A stretch of DNA of 64,000 nucleotides from Phoronis australis. Its lineage: Eukaryota > Animalia > Phoronida. Shown in pieces: positions 26,501-40,700 of this stretch. The notes below the pieces were generated by a model that had not been told where the DNA came from, did not search any database, and saw only the letters and a list, made by a program, of their open reading frames with translations. Where the stretch lies: the NCBI GenBank assembly GCA_002633005.1, contig NMRA01000204.1, positions 210,564 through 274,563 on the forward strand, read 5' to 3'. The stretch's first letter is position 1. Each line of letters opens with the position of its first letter. Made by a program: the position numbers and the translations under genes.

Positions 26501-27737
26501 AAGCATGTAATACTATGTAGGGTATTAGATTAATGCTTTTGTCTAAAAACTCATTGTGGTGTGGCCATCAGTTCTTTGGTGAACCCACAAAGCCAGTGTT
26601 TTTAAATGAGATAGCCCCTATTGTTGACTTTTGTAAACCTTCATTGCAGTGCAAATCCTCAACATGAGCTTGCTTAAAATTGGCTCTTGTGTTTTTTGGG
26701 TGGAGAGCATTTTTACCAGCCAATTCTAACAACACTGGGCTGTTGTAGGCCTGCAGCCTGTTTCATTAAAATGTCATAACTTTTTGATGTGTTTTACTCT
26801 GCTTCTAAATAGAGACTCCATTTATACTCTGTGCACAACCCCTCGTACTGTTACATTTTAGTGAAACAAGCTCCTGGCCTGCATTTGATTCCCGTTGACC
26901 GTTTTGGAAACATGGTGCCATTCAGAATAAATTTTGCAAAAGTGCTCTGTGTATGATGCACTTTGTGAAAGTGATTCATTTCCAGAGGTGGAGATATCTT
27001 ATTGCTGCATTTGACTGGACTTGTTGTATCTTTATTATTCGACTTCAAATAGATTCTTCCTGACTCGATGTTTCTACACAATTAGACACACTTTTCCTCT
27101 AAAACAGTTCTTTTAGCAGATGACTAAGGCATTAACATTGTCATTCCTTGCCCATTAAAGCCATTTCTTCAATGATTTATTTTGTTTTGCTAAGTCTAGC
27201 GTTACTCGAATTAATTACTGAAATTATTCTGATCACCGTTGTCAAGGAAACTGATTTAAGGTACTGGTTTGATGCTGGTAAGTAAACTNCAAGCATGTAA
27301 TACTATGTAGGGTATTAGATTAATGCTTTTGTCTAAAAACCGTTGACCGTTTTGGAAACATGGTGCCATTCAGAATAAATTTTGCAAAAGTGCTCTGTGT
27401 ATGATGCACTTTGTGAAAGTGATTCATTTCCAGAGGTGGAGATATCTTATTGCTGCATTTGACTGGACTTGTTATATCTTTATTGTTCGACTTCAAATAG
27501 ATTCTTCCTGACTCGATGTTTCTACACAATTAGACACACTTTTCCTCTAAAACAGTTCTTTTAGCAGATGACTAAGGCATTAACATTGTCATTCCTTGCC
27601 CATTAAAGCCATTTCTTCAATGATTTATTTTGTTTTGCTAAGTCTAGCGTTACTCGAATTAATTACTGAAATTATTCTGATCACCGTTGTCAAGGAAACT
27701 GATTTAAGGTACTGGTTTGATGCTGGTAAGTAAACTA
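26501..27737. repeat. Near-identical tandem duplication across a single N (probably two haplotypes)
   Basis: 27291-27340 matches 26501-26550 and 27341-27737 matches 26893-27288 with very few substitutions; N at 27289. Confidence 0.9.
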
Positions 27738-28437
27738 GTGCACTTAATTGTTAACTATATGCTATGGAAGATAAGTATAGTCATTTGATGTCATTTTTAC
27801 TAGTTTCAGGTCAGCTTTGTCATTCAACTTTGATGGTCACATTCCTATTTCGGATTGAAGTGTTTCCTGGTACGGTTGCTTGCGTCAGGAAGCATTGTGG
27901 CTTTTTATAGATGCTCCCTTCAAAAGTTGGTTTTGAATGTCAACTGTAGTTTTTCATTTTATTAGTTGTACCCTCAAAAATTAATGAGTACCATAGTACC
28001 ATAAACTGAGACAACATGTCGATTTTAAAGCATTAACTATATGAATATAAAAGATTCAGCCAAACATGTATTCAGTATTGCAAAAAAAATTAAATTAAGG
28101 TTTTACGTATCCCTAATTTTCTAAGAGAGTACGGTTAGTACATTTAATTCTGTCATTTCTGTTTTGAATGATTTTTTTCTGGTACATTGACAGAACTCAT
28201 GATGGAGATATTAACTGGCATCTTTTTAAAATCTTAAAAGTACATTATTATGATGGACTCTTTTTCTCAGTGATTATTTCAGGCTAACCAGTTTACACTG
28301 TAGTCTCAATCAGTTTGTTTTCTGAAAAGTGCGATTTCACCCTCCACCATTACACCTTTAGGCTGGTGTGATTATCATTTGGCGTTTTTACATGGGGAAC
28401 ATTGTCACGGTGTGACTTGCTATGCTTAACTGTGACT

Positions 28438-28830
28438 TAAGTCGCATTTACATGACATTAGATTGCACACTGGATCAGAATGAATCAGTCACAGACTGTC
28501 TGCGCATGCTCACATAAACAATAGCAAATGTTCAAACCATGTGGAATGCCAGTGGATCACCCGTATACATGCTATTACTGACGCAAGCGCATTGAAAGAT
28601 GATCCCTTTCCACCCTGTCCCAGTTGTGCTTGGACGTGTAGTTGACACTGGAGCAACTGATCAAGTGCAACTCGCTCTATCTCATATACCATTGTCTAAA
28701 ATGGCCGCCATGGTGTCAGCTTGCTCCGTGTCAGTCGCATTTACATATACACTTGCGCCCGATGGCACCCAGTCCAATTGTTAGTAGCTCCATGACAGCT
28801 GTATGCAGTTATTCATACACATTAGCACTG
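28438..28830 (+). mobile_element. Harbinger-like non-autonomous element, diverged copy
   Basis: Starts TAAGTCGCATTTACA; homologous along its length to 29698-30061; right TIR degraded. Confidence 0.6.
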
Positions 28831-29215
28831 ATTTAATCAAGCATTAACAAGCCGGTATTGGCATTTCTATTGCTTATTTTCCATGTTGCTTTTATGTGAC
28901 CACATGTATACATACATACATTTGTATATGTATATGTATACATATTTGCGTGCGTACATTTACAAATGAATAACAACAGTTATAATTTTATATTATTCGC
29001 TATTGTTGTTCATTTACAGGTTATTCAATGAAACAATTGTATGAAAGAAAGTCGGCTTCCAAAATACACAGATATGTAAAGGCAGTATGAGATGTTTGGC
29101 GGGATTTCGTTTTGTCTACACAAAACATGATTTTTACTATTTTTTAAGGAAAGAATCTTAAAAGCAAGAACGTGGACAAATTGAAACAGAACGCTTATAG
29201 TGCTAAAGTAACAAA

Positions 29216-29859
29216 TATTGGAACAAGATATTAACAAATATTAACCAGTTACTGCCCGCCGTTGATCTTTAAAAATTGATCTTTATTTTGCAAAAGCTTC
29301 TAAAGCTGCTTTAACAAGATAGACAGTTGTCACTGTGTTGATGCAACTAATGCTCTACTTTAAGTCGCATTTACACAACATTAGATCGCAAACTGGATCA
29401 GCACGAGTCACTTACACTAAGACTGTCTGCACATGCTCACATAAACAGTAGCGAATGTCCAAAGCACGTGGAATGCCAGCTGATCAACGGAATACATGCT
29501 ATTGGACAAGCACATTGAAAGACNCCTTGTGATATCCTAGATCCGCCACTGTATTGGAACAAGATATTAACAAATATTAACTAGTTACTGCCCGCCGTTG
29601 ATCTTTAAAAATTGATCTTTATTTTGCAAAAGCTTCTAAAGCTGCTTTAACAAGATAGACAGTTGTCACTGTGTTGATGCAACTAATGCTCCACTTTAAG
29701 TCGCATTTACACAACATTAGATCGCAAACTGGATCAGCACGAGTCACTTACACTAAGACTGTCTGCACATGCTCACATAAACAGTAGCGAATGTCCAAAG
29801 CACGTGGAATGCCAGCTGATCAACGGAATACATGCTATTGGACAAGCACATTGAAAGAC
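29216..29859. repeat. Near-identical tandem duplication across a single N (probably two haplotypes)
   Basis: 29216-29523 matches 29552-29859 with about two substitutions; N at 29524. Confidence 0.9.
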
Positions 29860-30061
29860 GATTCTTTTTCGTCCTGCCCCAGTTGTGTTTAGACGTGTAG
29901 TTTACTCTGGAGCAACTCGTTTTATCTATCAAACAAATGTTGAAAACTGGCCGCCGCGGTGTCACTCGCTCCGGTTCCGTGTCAGTTGTGTTTACGCACA
30001 CACTTGCACCGGAGCAGCTGTAGCCGCGCCAGGTCAGCTGTCTCTCATGCAAATGCGGCTT
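29698..30061. mobile_element. Harbinger-like MITE
   Basis: TIRs AAGTCGCATTTACA...TGCAAATGCGGCTT in a TAA/TTA context. Confidence 0.65.
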
Positions 30062-31879
30062 ACCATTTCTATGAATGCCCATAATTTCTAAAACAGTCTT
30101 CACTGTTTGCTATAGTACAGAGCTAAAAGAATTTATATTGTGCTACTTATCATTTATAAAATTAATATAATTTAACTTGTCGGCTATAATGTGTTGTAAA
30201 TGTGTGTCATTTTACTCTACATATTCTTCAGGTATGGAATACCTGTCAAATTTCCACAATTGATTGCAGCATGCTCGTGATCCAGTAAACTAAATCAAAT
30301 TACCTACATTTGTTTTTCTTAGATTCAAATTGAACAGAGTGAGACGAACTAATTAGTGCATTTGATAATTTATTACAAATGCAGCTTCATGTTCATTTTG
30401 AAATGCATGTTTGTCCATTGAAAACATTATTGACTTTTGTGACGTGGCTGTACATCTGTTGTGCAATCATTGCATAATGACTGTTGGATAGCTTCAGGTA
30501 CAGTGCTTGCCAAAAGTATGCAGACAAAACCACACGGAATTGCTCTTCGTAGCAACTGGACGGTAGTTGAAATCATCTGAGTAGCCTTTCCTGATGACTG
30601 AGAATGAAGGGAAATTAACAGGAAATTTTACAGTGACGTGGCTAAGCTGTTCTGTTATTAGAATTGTGTCGTCATAATGATTACCACTCATTTTTGCTGT
30701 TAACAGGACTTGCCGTCATAATGGGGAAATGGTATTTTGTCTGATAACTTTTGTCAAGTACTGTACATGCTCAACATGACAGCCAGGCTTTGGAATGAGT
30801 TTGTAGAACACTTAGCTTTGCTGCCTGTGCCGTGCTAGCAGTGTGCAATCTTTGAAAGAGGAATTAGCTGGCCTAGTGCATCAATAATTGTCTAGTTATC
30901 ACCCTACAGTTTAATGCAGACAAGGGATACAATATGTGTGATTCTCCTGGGGGAGTCCCAGCTGACAGTGCTGCCCTCTGTGACCTGGCATGAATGAATG
31001 GTTTATTTCTATTACATTGTATTAGATTATGAGACTAAGTCTGCTCATTCACTAATTGCTTGCAAATCTCACTAAGGGAGATATTAGGTCTAATGCAATG
31101 ACGCTGCTTTAAATGCCAGGAAAATCGTAGGGCTTCAACCATAATGATATGCTTGCAATATTGTGCACAGTGAATCTCCCTTTTAGCCTGTAACTAAGTC
31201 TATAATGTCCTTCAGAAAGCGTTGTGCTCAGTTATGGACCATATGGCTTGATGTCTCCACTTTCTTGGTGCTGGATTAGAACAAAACCAATGATGCTATC
31301 AGTTCCTGTATTTTAATGGAAGTGTTATAATTCGCAATAGAAAATTACTTAATCCATTTAAAACTGGTTTAAAGTTACCTGCCTTCTGTCACAAAAACTA
31401 GATTGTGATTTAGATCATTTGTCATTAGGAAACTATTTTAAATTTGTTTCTTAATCAAATAAATACATGCCTGGAGAGTGGGGGGGGTCATTTAACAGGT
31501 AAATCTTTGTTAAAAAGGAATTGCTGGGGATTCTGTCGACAGCAAAGGGCACACCCCTTGCCACAAGCAGATAAAGACATGCCCGAGTTAAATTAACATG
31601 TGAATCTTTGTTAGAAAGTAGTGTGACTGGCGGAGAAGGGCCGGGGGTGGGGGGGGGCATTTTAGGCTTGGAGGGTAACTAGTGGGCATAGTGGCCTAGA
31701 ATTTTTCAGACAGTTATAAATCATGGGTGTGGTTCACACACAATAGGCTTTTTGAAATTGATTTGCATTAAGTCAGTGAAGGTAGTTCTTTGTGAACCCT
31801 GTCCCAGTTGGAGGTAAATAAACACAGCTAAAGAAAAGGTTTACGGTCCTGGCGAGTCTCCCCCCCATGGAGACCGTTA

Positions 31880-32050
31880 GGATAGAGTTCAGTGCACTCG
31901 AGGACCTACACTAAGACCTCATTAAAGTCTGGGCTAAATCACATGTTTTTTAAACTACTCAACAATGTCTCACATAATCTTGTCTTGTTTTTTAGCGAAG
32001 TACTAGCATTACTTGACTCTACCCAGGCTTTGCAAGTGCGCTTGTCATTT
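31880..32050 (-). mobile_element. Diverged fragment related to the PLE remnant at 17060-17200
   Basis: Shared blocks TCAC(A/G)TGTTTT, TCTCACATAAT, GTCTTG.TTTT.AGC.AAGT.CTAGC.TTACT. Confidence 0.5.
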
Positions 32051-32659
32051 TATGCTGTCATTTTTCCAAGCCCACAAATCATCTTTGATCTAAGTAATGA
32101 GCATGTTGAGCTGAGTTTTGTTATAGCAAGTCAGGTCTTAGTCTAAAGTTGATTTCTCTGTTTGAGCAAGAGAATGTGGCTTCAGTTTTTACTATTTAAT
32201 TTTTTTGAAAATGCGTATTTTTGTAATCTGTAAATGATCTGAGATGGTATTATAAAGTGTCACTAAGAGTATATCAGTTTTTATTGAGAAAGTTAACCTT
32301 GCAAGTGTGAACTTTGTCAGTTTAGACATTGCTATAGTACATAATCAGAACACCAGGTGGTGCTCTGCATCTGAACTTTTAATATGCATTTGGGATAATT
32401 TACTGCTCAGACTTGTAGTGTCTTGTTTATAAATAATTTCTGAACCATGCTGTAAATCACATTCAGTTATTTTTTTATTGGCATTACCATCTGTATATCT
32501 TAAAACCCATACAGGATTGCTGTGAATTTTGGCAAGTTAACATGAACGTGACACGCGGTCACAACTACTGTGGGGCAGTTCTGTCTGTGTCCCCTTGTGG
32601 CAATTGTAGTTCTTAATATATCTTTGGTTGGTTTGGGTGATACTTTTACGCAGATTACA

Positions 32660-33240
32660 CACACAAACCCTGCAGTATTTTTAATCTGTGTAAAAGGTAT
32701 GGAATCCAGTGTAAAAAGGCATGTAATCGATGTAGAAAGCTAGTTACCGTGATAGCGTGTAAACCATGGCAACCATGTACACATATGATACGCTAGAGTG
32801 TAAACAAAAGTCAAAGTATGACATGCCGTGTCATGAACGTGTAAAAAACTGCAACACTAATGCGTAAAGGGTGGAAACCGTCACGGTGTCAAAATATGAC
32901 ACATAACGTGACAAACATGTAAAAAATTCTCAAGCTCGTGGGTAAAGTGCAACAACCATGTCAACATATGCCTGTTACAAGGGTGTAAAGTGTCATGCTC
33001 ATCTGTAAAGCATGGCAACCATGTCAAAAAACTGTCACGGCTGACAACATGTCCTCGCAACCATGACAAAATACCCGGTATGACACACAAACATGAGCGT
33101 GGCAAATGTGTAAAAATTCCCATTTTAGCATGTTAGGCATGGCAACCGTGTAAAAATAGTACACAATATCATGCCAATAAGTGAGAAATGTTATTCTCCC
33201 TAGATTGAAGAACGTGGCAACTGTGTAAAAATACCACATT
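32660..33240. repeat. Degenerate short-unit array (GTGTAAAA / CATGGCAACC / ACACG)
   Basis: Many imperfect CATGGCAACC(A/G)TG and GTGTAAAA motifs; motif vocabulary shared with 36321-36464. Confidence 0.6.
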
Positions 33241-34579
33241 TATTCTGGTAATCAAATTGTAGAGATGAAATGTATGTTTAGAAACCCTTCAAAAAGACAC
33301 ACCTTTAATAAGCTTGGCAATCCTGAAAAGACTGCTAGCAGGTAATCCTCCAATGTGAATGACTAAACATGTTCAATTAAAAACATCACAGAATTTGCTA
33401 CAAAGATTTTATGTGCTGTCTTTTCAAATGTCCACCTACTGAGTTAGAGTTGGTTTGGCTGTGAGAGAGTGGAGTTGTGTAAGGAGACCCTTTATAAAGC
33501 ATGGTCTTTGAGTGTGATACAGCCCAAGCACAAACTATTCCTCAAGTGAGTTGTATTGTCACAGAAAACATGAAGGTCAGAGTAGAAATTGTTGAGTGTC
33601 CAGGTGATAATAAAGTCAGAATGTCCATCCACTCTTTTATCCTCTCATCTTCAGTTTTTGAATTTAATTCACACCTGGAGCTGTTTCCAATACCAATGCA
33701 CACTACAGGTTAAACATTGTACTCTGAAAAATATTAGATTTATAGTTAAGATTCAATTCGGAAGAAAAGAAAATCAAAGCAATTTTTTGATAGCCCGAGA
33801 CAATACGCCCGCAATATTGACAGTGCTTTGAATTTTACATACATGTAATGTTATCATATTTTGATTGCTGACATTTGTTGCCTTGCTTGTACATCTTCAG
33901 TTGTATAAATGAAATGCCTTTATAGTTTCAAGTGGGCTAAATCAAGAATGTAGGTTTATTGCTGCAGAGTGTATTATAAGCATGTAAGTACCCCCTAAGT
34001 GGGCACGTAAGTGTTTTGGTGACAAAATCAGCCCTGCATGGGATTGTAAGTAACTGTAGACACTGTTCTAGTACATCATCAGAACACCAGGTGGTGCACT
34101 ATGTACTGTTAATGTGTGCTTTGGATAATAGAGATATGAAGTGGCATTGTCTTGCTGGTTCCCTGTGTGTCTGCTAAGAGGAAGGGGGCACACAGGTATC
34201 ATTTAATTTTCCTCAGGAAACACTTTTGTACCACTGTTTCTGATTGGCTGGTCAAATTGTAGCACTTTATAATGTAGAGGAGCCAGCATGACTGATGAAG
34301 GAATGTGGAATGATATAGTTTGTGGTCTGTTGTACAGAGAATTCTGTGCTTATATAAATTGGGATATGTTCAGGAAAAGTTGTGGTTGTGCCATTCGGCA
34401 TAGCCCATTGGCATTATAGCTATAGTGTCTTTTTTGGCTACTGATGTCAAGGTCATAAACTGCTCAGCTAGGTCGCAGATAACTGTTCTTGATCTTTCTG
34501 CCGTTAGTGACATGGTAGAGGGAAAACTTAGTTTGCAAAGATGTTGACAAGGATAAAATTCGTTAATAGTCTACCATTT

Positions 34580-35190
34580 TTATGCGCCCACATATTTATA
34601 TTGTTTTCTAGTCTGTTTTGGTGTCCGCCCTCTGTCAGCCAAACCACTCTAGTAGGATGAGTGTGAAAATTGGCTTATATGCTCTTAGTCAGTGAAGAGG
34701 ACGGTCCATGAGGCCTGTGCACGTCTGATGCACCGCAAATGACATCAGACCACCTGCACTGTTTTTTTTTTTGAAGAGGACGGTTGACAATGATTTTCCG
34801 ACTTTAATTGCTGTGGCGCCTTCCTTAGTGTATCTCCTAAGCCCTCTGCAGGATCTGTATTAATTTTAGCAAGTGTATTTATAAAGTTAACAACAGAAAA
34901 CGACAGCTTTCAGACGGATTAGATGAACACTCTGTCCCCTAGTGGCAATTTTATTTTTTCCGTTTCCTCTGTTGTTTCCCTAAATTTCCTTGAAGGATTT
35001 TTATGAAGTGTGGTAAATAGCTTTCTGTCAAAAATGGTGATATTTTCCCGTTTTTTGATGGATGTTAAGTATTTTGCACCATCTGGTGGCCATTTTTATG
35101 ATACAAATAAACACCCCTAGAAGCACACTGTTTGCAGTGCATTCGTGGGCGCATTTCAATTTCAACGCTCCACGTTCAAGCTGCTCTTGT
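34580..35190 (+). mobile_element. HINE family copy with perfect 10-bp subterminal inverted repeats
   Basis: TTTTT-ATGCGCCCAC (34582-34591) ... GTGGGCGCAT (35145-35154), then an AACG-CTCCA-CGTT hairpin and GCTCTTGT end. Confidence 0.75.
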
Positions 35191-36320
35191 CTTTGTTGTA
35201 AAGCTGCCGAGGTTACGTCAACTAGTGATAAATCGTGTGCTGCTGAATGATACCTGCGTGTCACCTGCCTTATAGTCACATGAACCCACAACAATGTTTT
35301 GTTTAGAAAATTTTATTCAAGTGAGTGTTTAACCTACCAAAAGTAGGTCAACGTTCGTGAGATAAATTTTCCCCACATGAAACAAAATATTTGTGCTAAT
35401 ATTTAACGCAGTAGCTGACGTTTTTTTGGGGGAAACGCATTATGCAGGTGAATTATTTTGTGCTCGCTCTTGATGTAGGCAAGCAGCTGTTATTGATGAC
35501 GCTTCTTTGACATTTATAACAAGTTTCGTAGAAGACATGAAAAGAATAATAACCTGTGAAAATACATGTTCTTATTAAGTGCTGAACTTATCTAGATAAT
35601 AACTTCCTCAGTAAATTGAAACGTAGCATGCTCACATGTCAGACAAAATAACTGGGACTCTAAACCGCTATCAATGATTTCGTAATTCAGGTTCAATTTA
35701 TCCTCATCTAACAGAAACACCAGCAATCAAAATCTCTTCAAAAAAATTTGAAAATATTTAAGGAGAGTAATTGACCTCATAAAATGTTTTACAGTCATTA
35801 AAAATCTAACATGCTTTACCGTTGGCTGTAAACTTTTAAATATTACATTTAAAATCTCTTTTTAAGATAAGTTCCATGTACTTAAGTATAGCTAATGTTC
35901 GATGTAATCTAAGACACATTTTCCCCTGGGTCATAGATTATGATAATAAGTGCATTTTTTGCAAATCTACCCAAGTGCTATAAGTCTTTTGTGGCATCAA
36001 AAATCGAAGGGCCTGAAAATGGCCGATCAAGATTTCCCATGTACTGTAGCTGAAGTTGTCTCAAATAGCATTGCACATTTGGCACATAAAAATACGTTAA
36101 AGAATTACCAAGTGGTAATCATGAAAAATACAGGAGCTTTACTTTGAAAACAATCCCCAATTTTTGTTATTAACCTAGTTGTAAATAAATACAATAAATA
36201 CAAACGTTTTGATCCTTTTAAAACTTAATTCTGTTCAGATTATCAGAAGGTCCTTTCACATTATGCATTGTTACAGTAGGTTTCTGTCAATTATTTGTTA
36301 ACCTCATCCCTGTTGACAAA

Positions 36321-36464
36321 CTGGGTGTGTAAAATTTTACACGTTTGACACGCTAACGTGTCATGTTTTTACACGTTAGCGTGGCAATTTTGACACGTAT
36401 TACACGTTTTTTACACGTTTGACACGCTCAAAAGCGTGTCAAACGTGTGAAATTCTCACCCGGG
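36321..36464. mobile_element. Small foldback MITE with ACACGTTTGACACG subrepeats
   Basis: GGGTG..AATTTTACACGTTTGACACGCT is mirrored by AGCGTGTCAAACGTGTGAAATT..CACCC. Confidence 0.7.
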
Positions 36465-36899
36465 AAGTTTGATCCTGCATTTCCCGGATTCTTCAATGAA
36501 CCACTACACAAACTTATACAAAAACTAATAAGCTTCAGTTGTCTTCAATAGCATCAGAGACATGTTTTTATTTATTTCAAATATTCATGGCAGTAAGGCC
36601 CATTAAAGTACTGTTTCTGACAAAAAATACTAAGGGGGCAGTCAGTTGCAAACTTTTGTTTATACATTGATTTCTTGCAAATCTTACAGCTTAGAACCCA
36701 GGTGGTATTAGTTTGAAAATACCTTCGATACCTGTTGGCAATTCAAGCCTTCCACTGCTTTGATGTCCCTTCAAGGGTTAGCAGATTCGCACACTTATTG
36801 CATGATTTGACCTCATTCTTGTTAAAATAATTACATAAACATTTTGATACGAGAAACCACATTTTTAATTTTTATCGACATTACCATCCGGTGTCTGTT

Positions 36900-37730
36900 C
36901 AGCAACAGTCTGGAATCCGTGTCCGTATCTCCTAAGTCCAATTTTAGTATTTCATGAATGTGACAACAAAGGGTGGCTTTTGATGGATCCATCTTTTCAT
37001 GTGCCCACTGTGGCAATTTTTAGTTTTTATGTTTGCCCCTGGTATCGTAGAAGTTCCTTGACTGACTGTTATGAAATTCGGCAAATAGGCATCATTTAAG
37101 GAGAATTTTTTGGATGTATGCAACATATTATGCCCTGCCTTAAGTAGCCACTTTTACTATTTCTGTGTCTGTTTTTTGGCATTTGCACCTTTAACCACAA
37201 AACTACTTAGCAATTACTATCAAAATTAGAGATGTGTTCCAACTGAAAAAAAGCATGGCTTAATTAGTTTTCAGATTGCACCCTCTTGTGTTATTGTTTC
37301 CTGTCCATGGCTGTATTCCTTAAATCCCTCTCTGGATCTTTATGGAATCAAACTAGTGTATTCTTATGAAAGTCGTAACAGTTCACCACTTTAGGATGGA
37401 TCCCGGCTACTGATGTGCTCCTGAGTTGATTTTTTTATTTTTAGACTGTTCTCAGCATCTTTCGTGTCTTTCAGTTTAACAAATAGATTTGTATTAACGA
37501 GACAAAGACACCTACCTAGTTTCAGAGAGATTTCGGGTATTCTTAGCCACTTAGTGGCCATTTGAATTAATTTTGATTTTGTTTTTTTTTGGCATCTGCT
37601 TCTCTAACTACCAAACAGGTCAAATGATCATTAGTGTACAAGTTAGTGTATAATCTTTGAATGAGTCCAAGCTCTGTGGCACCCTCTAATGGCATTAGGA
37701 GCATATTGTTAGCGTGTTGTTCTAGGCACA
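36900..37730 (+). mobile_element. HINE family copy, degraded
   Basis: TCCGTGTCCGTATCTCCTAAG, ATGAAATTCGGCAAATAGG, GTGCCCACTGTGGCAATTTT and GCCACTTAGTGGCC units. Confidence 0.6.
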
Positions 37731-40700
37731 TTTATCTCTCTTCGAGTTTTGATGTTCTTGCCTATGACCTTTGATGACCCTTACCAGCCTGAAATATTAC
37801 TATTTTTCAGAAACTAATTCTTCCCATATTTCCCAAGTTGTAAAATGTTTGCAGTTTGCCTGGTAGAAGAAATAGTTTCAGAATCACTAGTCAAAAGAAC
37901 ATTTTGTGTAGTAAGAAAAGTTGACTGAAACTAGACCAGTTTTAACTGATAAAAACAAGCTTTTTTTGGATTGTAAGTTTGATGATGGGAATTAAAAAAA
38001 ATTCTTTACTTTACAGTGCCAAGATCATTGGCAAAATTAGATTAAAATTTAACTAATTTTTGCTGTACTGGTTTTGTTCTTACAATGACTTAACAAAACT
38101 GTTTCCTAAAATTGAGGAAACAAGGTATTAATTTTACAAAAAATATTTTGAGACAGTCTGCGTAAAAACCCCCATATAAGCAGACAATCCCTTTGCTTGT
38201 TCACGTACCAGCGTTCTACATGATCTAGCATGGTACCCCTTTTTTGATTTTGAGAAATAAAGAACTCTGTAGAGTATCAGAGGAGCCTACAATGCTATAT
38301 TTTGACAAGTTTAGAGTACTGTGGTAGTACGGTACTTCAGATATGCAATGGTCGAAATATGCACCAATAGTACAGTAATTTTTAAATTTCCTGTAGTTTA
38401 CTAACTTGGTATCCTCATGGACACGCTGTGACAGAATTGTGTGAAGTCCAAAATTTTGTATATAAACTTTCTATTTATAGAAAATAATGGTAATTAACAC
38501 TTCATAACTACCATTTAAATTAATGAATTTACTCTCATGTCATGAGAAATTCTTTTTGACTTGTTCATAGATTGTTTAACAGCTCTTTTTGGTGCCCGAT
38601 TGATTTGTCTTGCAAAATGTAAACATACCCAGTGTAAATATTTGTGTATCTCACTAGCAAGTTTTCAATTAGACAAATGTCATTGAAACTACCAGTATTG
38701 ACTGAATGTTTTTTCAATTCTCTTCGGGAGATAGGAAATGTTGGATACACAACCTCTGTTTACAGACTTCCTGTGTTGATATTGATGAAACAAGGCACTA
38801 CCCAAACACAATATCTTCTGGACCTTCTCTGCTCATCACAATGACAATAATAGATTTCATCATGAAGAGACATTTAAAGTTGCATTTTACCCATTAGTTA
38901 GTTAAAAATGATAATAAGATGAGGGCTTTTACTCTCATAAAATGGTACCGTTATTAGATTCCGTTTCCATTATTAACAAGAACCTTAAAACCATCAGCGA
39001 CTAAAGAAAATGCATGTTTATTGGCTTTGGGCCAACCCTAAAATTGAGAATAAGAAAATGTTGCATCAATGTTGCAAATTCGAAAATGTACACATTTCCT
39101 GTTGGTGAAGGAAATAGAATCACATTCTAACATTAAAAGACCAATTTTCCGAGAGTAAAAGGCATAATTGAATTTTTGTTATGCAGGTTACAGGGCAAAA
39201 TCCACCTCTGAGTGAGAGGATGAATAGTTCACCTCTATCTATTTGGCACATGTGAAAACTTCCATATTCACTTGACTTGCAATCTTAAACTCCCAATATG
39301 CTGCTCAATATTATATTTTGAGAAATTAGGCTATTTGCCCTTTTAGAGGGTTGGCGCCCTGATCCTTTTAAAGTAAGCAGGAATAAAAGGGACCTATTTG
39401 CCAGAATTTTTTTTTTGACGATGCCGCACGTATGAGCAGCAAGAACCATATGTGCCACCTATAAAAGTACCCCCCCCCCTCCGTCCTTCGTGTTTTGACA
39501 CAATAATTGGGTATTTAAGATGACTGTCATTTCCCATAACACTCTTGAACATTTGATAATTGCCTCTGTAAATTAGTTTGTTTTCTATTATTGTTAGTGT
39601 TCAAGTGTCTTGTGTAGCTTTGTCTGTAAACTAATGGCCCTGTCTTTTGAAGCTAAATGTCTTCTCTTTCATATTTGATGATCAGTGTTTTTAGCTGCAC
39701 AAGGGGTAAATATAAGCATAGCTCAAATAGTTTAAACTTTTGACATCTCAGTCAGGTATTTCTCTTGTGGGAAATTTCCGTTTCTGTCTGTATATGGATA
39801 ATTTTCGATAATTTTGTTTGAAAAACTAATTCATACTTGACATTGCTTGGCTGAACAAGACAACCTACTTAAAGGTTGCCTGTTTTATCAGGGAGTTGCC
39901 ATTCCTAGTGTTTTCATGAACTTGGATCATGTTGCTGCTTATCATTTGGTTCTCAGACTGATATTCATTTTTTCTGTATTCTTCTAGATTTTAGAGGCTC
40001 AGAAACACTTTTATGTTTAAGAATCTACAATTTCAGGCAAGCTGAGACCAAGCAAGGCAAAAATGGAGTTAAATTTGAGTTTCTGATTGCTGTGATACAT
40101 GACTGCACTAAAGTATCATGCACTGAATCACCACTTTGGACTAGAAAATAGATTAATTGTTTTTTTTTTAGATTAATTGTTGTTCGTAACTTAATATCCT
40201 CATTGATAGTTAGCCATTTTCAGATAAGGCTGTTTGTGGATCTCAAGTAATTTCATTATCTTGGGAAATCAGTTTTAGCATTAATTTTAGTGGGCACCAT
40301 CATAACATGGCAGTAAATCTCGGCCAACTTATGCAACATATGCCTCAAGCCCTGTTGGCTGTGTACAGTTTGCTCGCACTAGTTCAGCCCTGGATACAGA
40401 TTTAGTAAGCAGGTTTGGCATGCAGCGGCTGAGAACTGTAACCAAAGCAGCACTTAATTTGTTCTCGTGCACAACAGGGTATAGAATGCTTGCCTATTGT
40501 ATGAACTCGAGACTGTATCATACTTGCATTGACGCGATCATGAAAAAAATTAAAGAAAATGCCCTGCTTGACAAGCATTAACAGGACGGCAATGAAAACG
40601 CTGTTGTTAAAAATAGTCTTTTGTTAATTACAGGTGGTCAAATTACATAACACATCCGTGAAAGCTAGTTGCAAAGAAGCATTGAGTGCACACCAGCTTT

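Noticed and set aside
31638-31657. G-quadruplex-capable G run
   Set aside because: Sits in G-rich sequence typical of decayed MITE ends; no further support.
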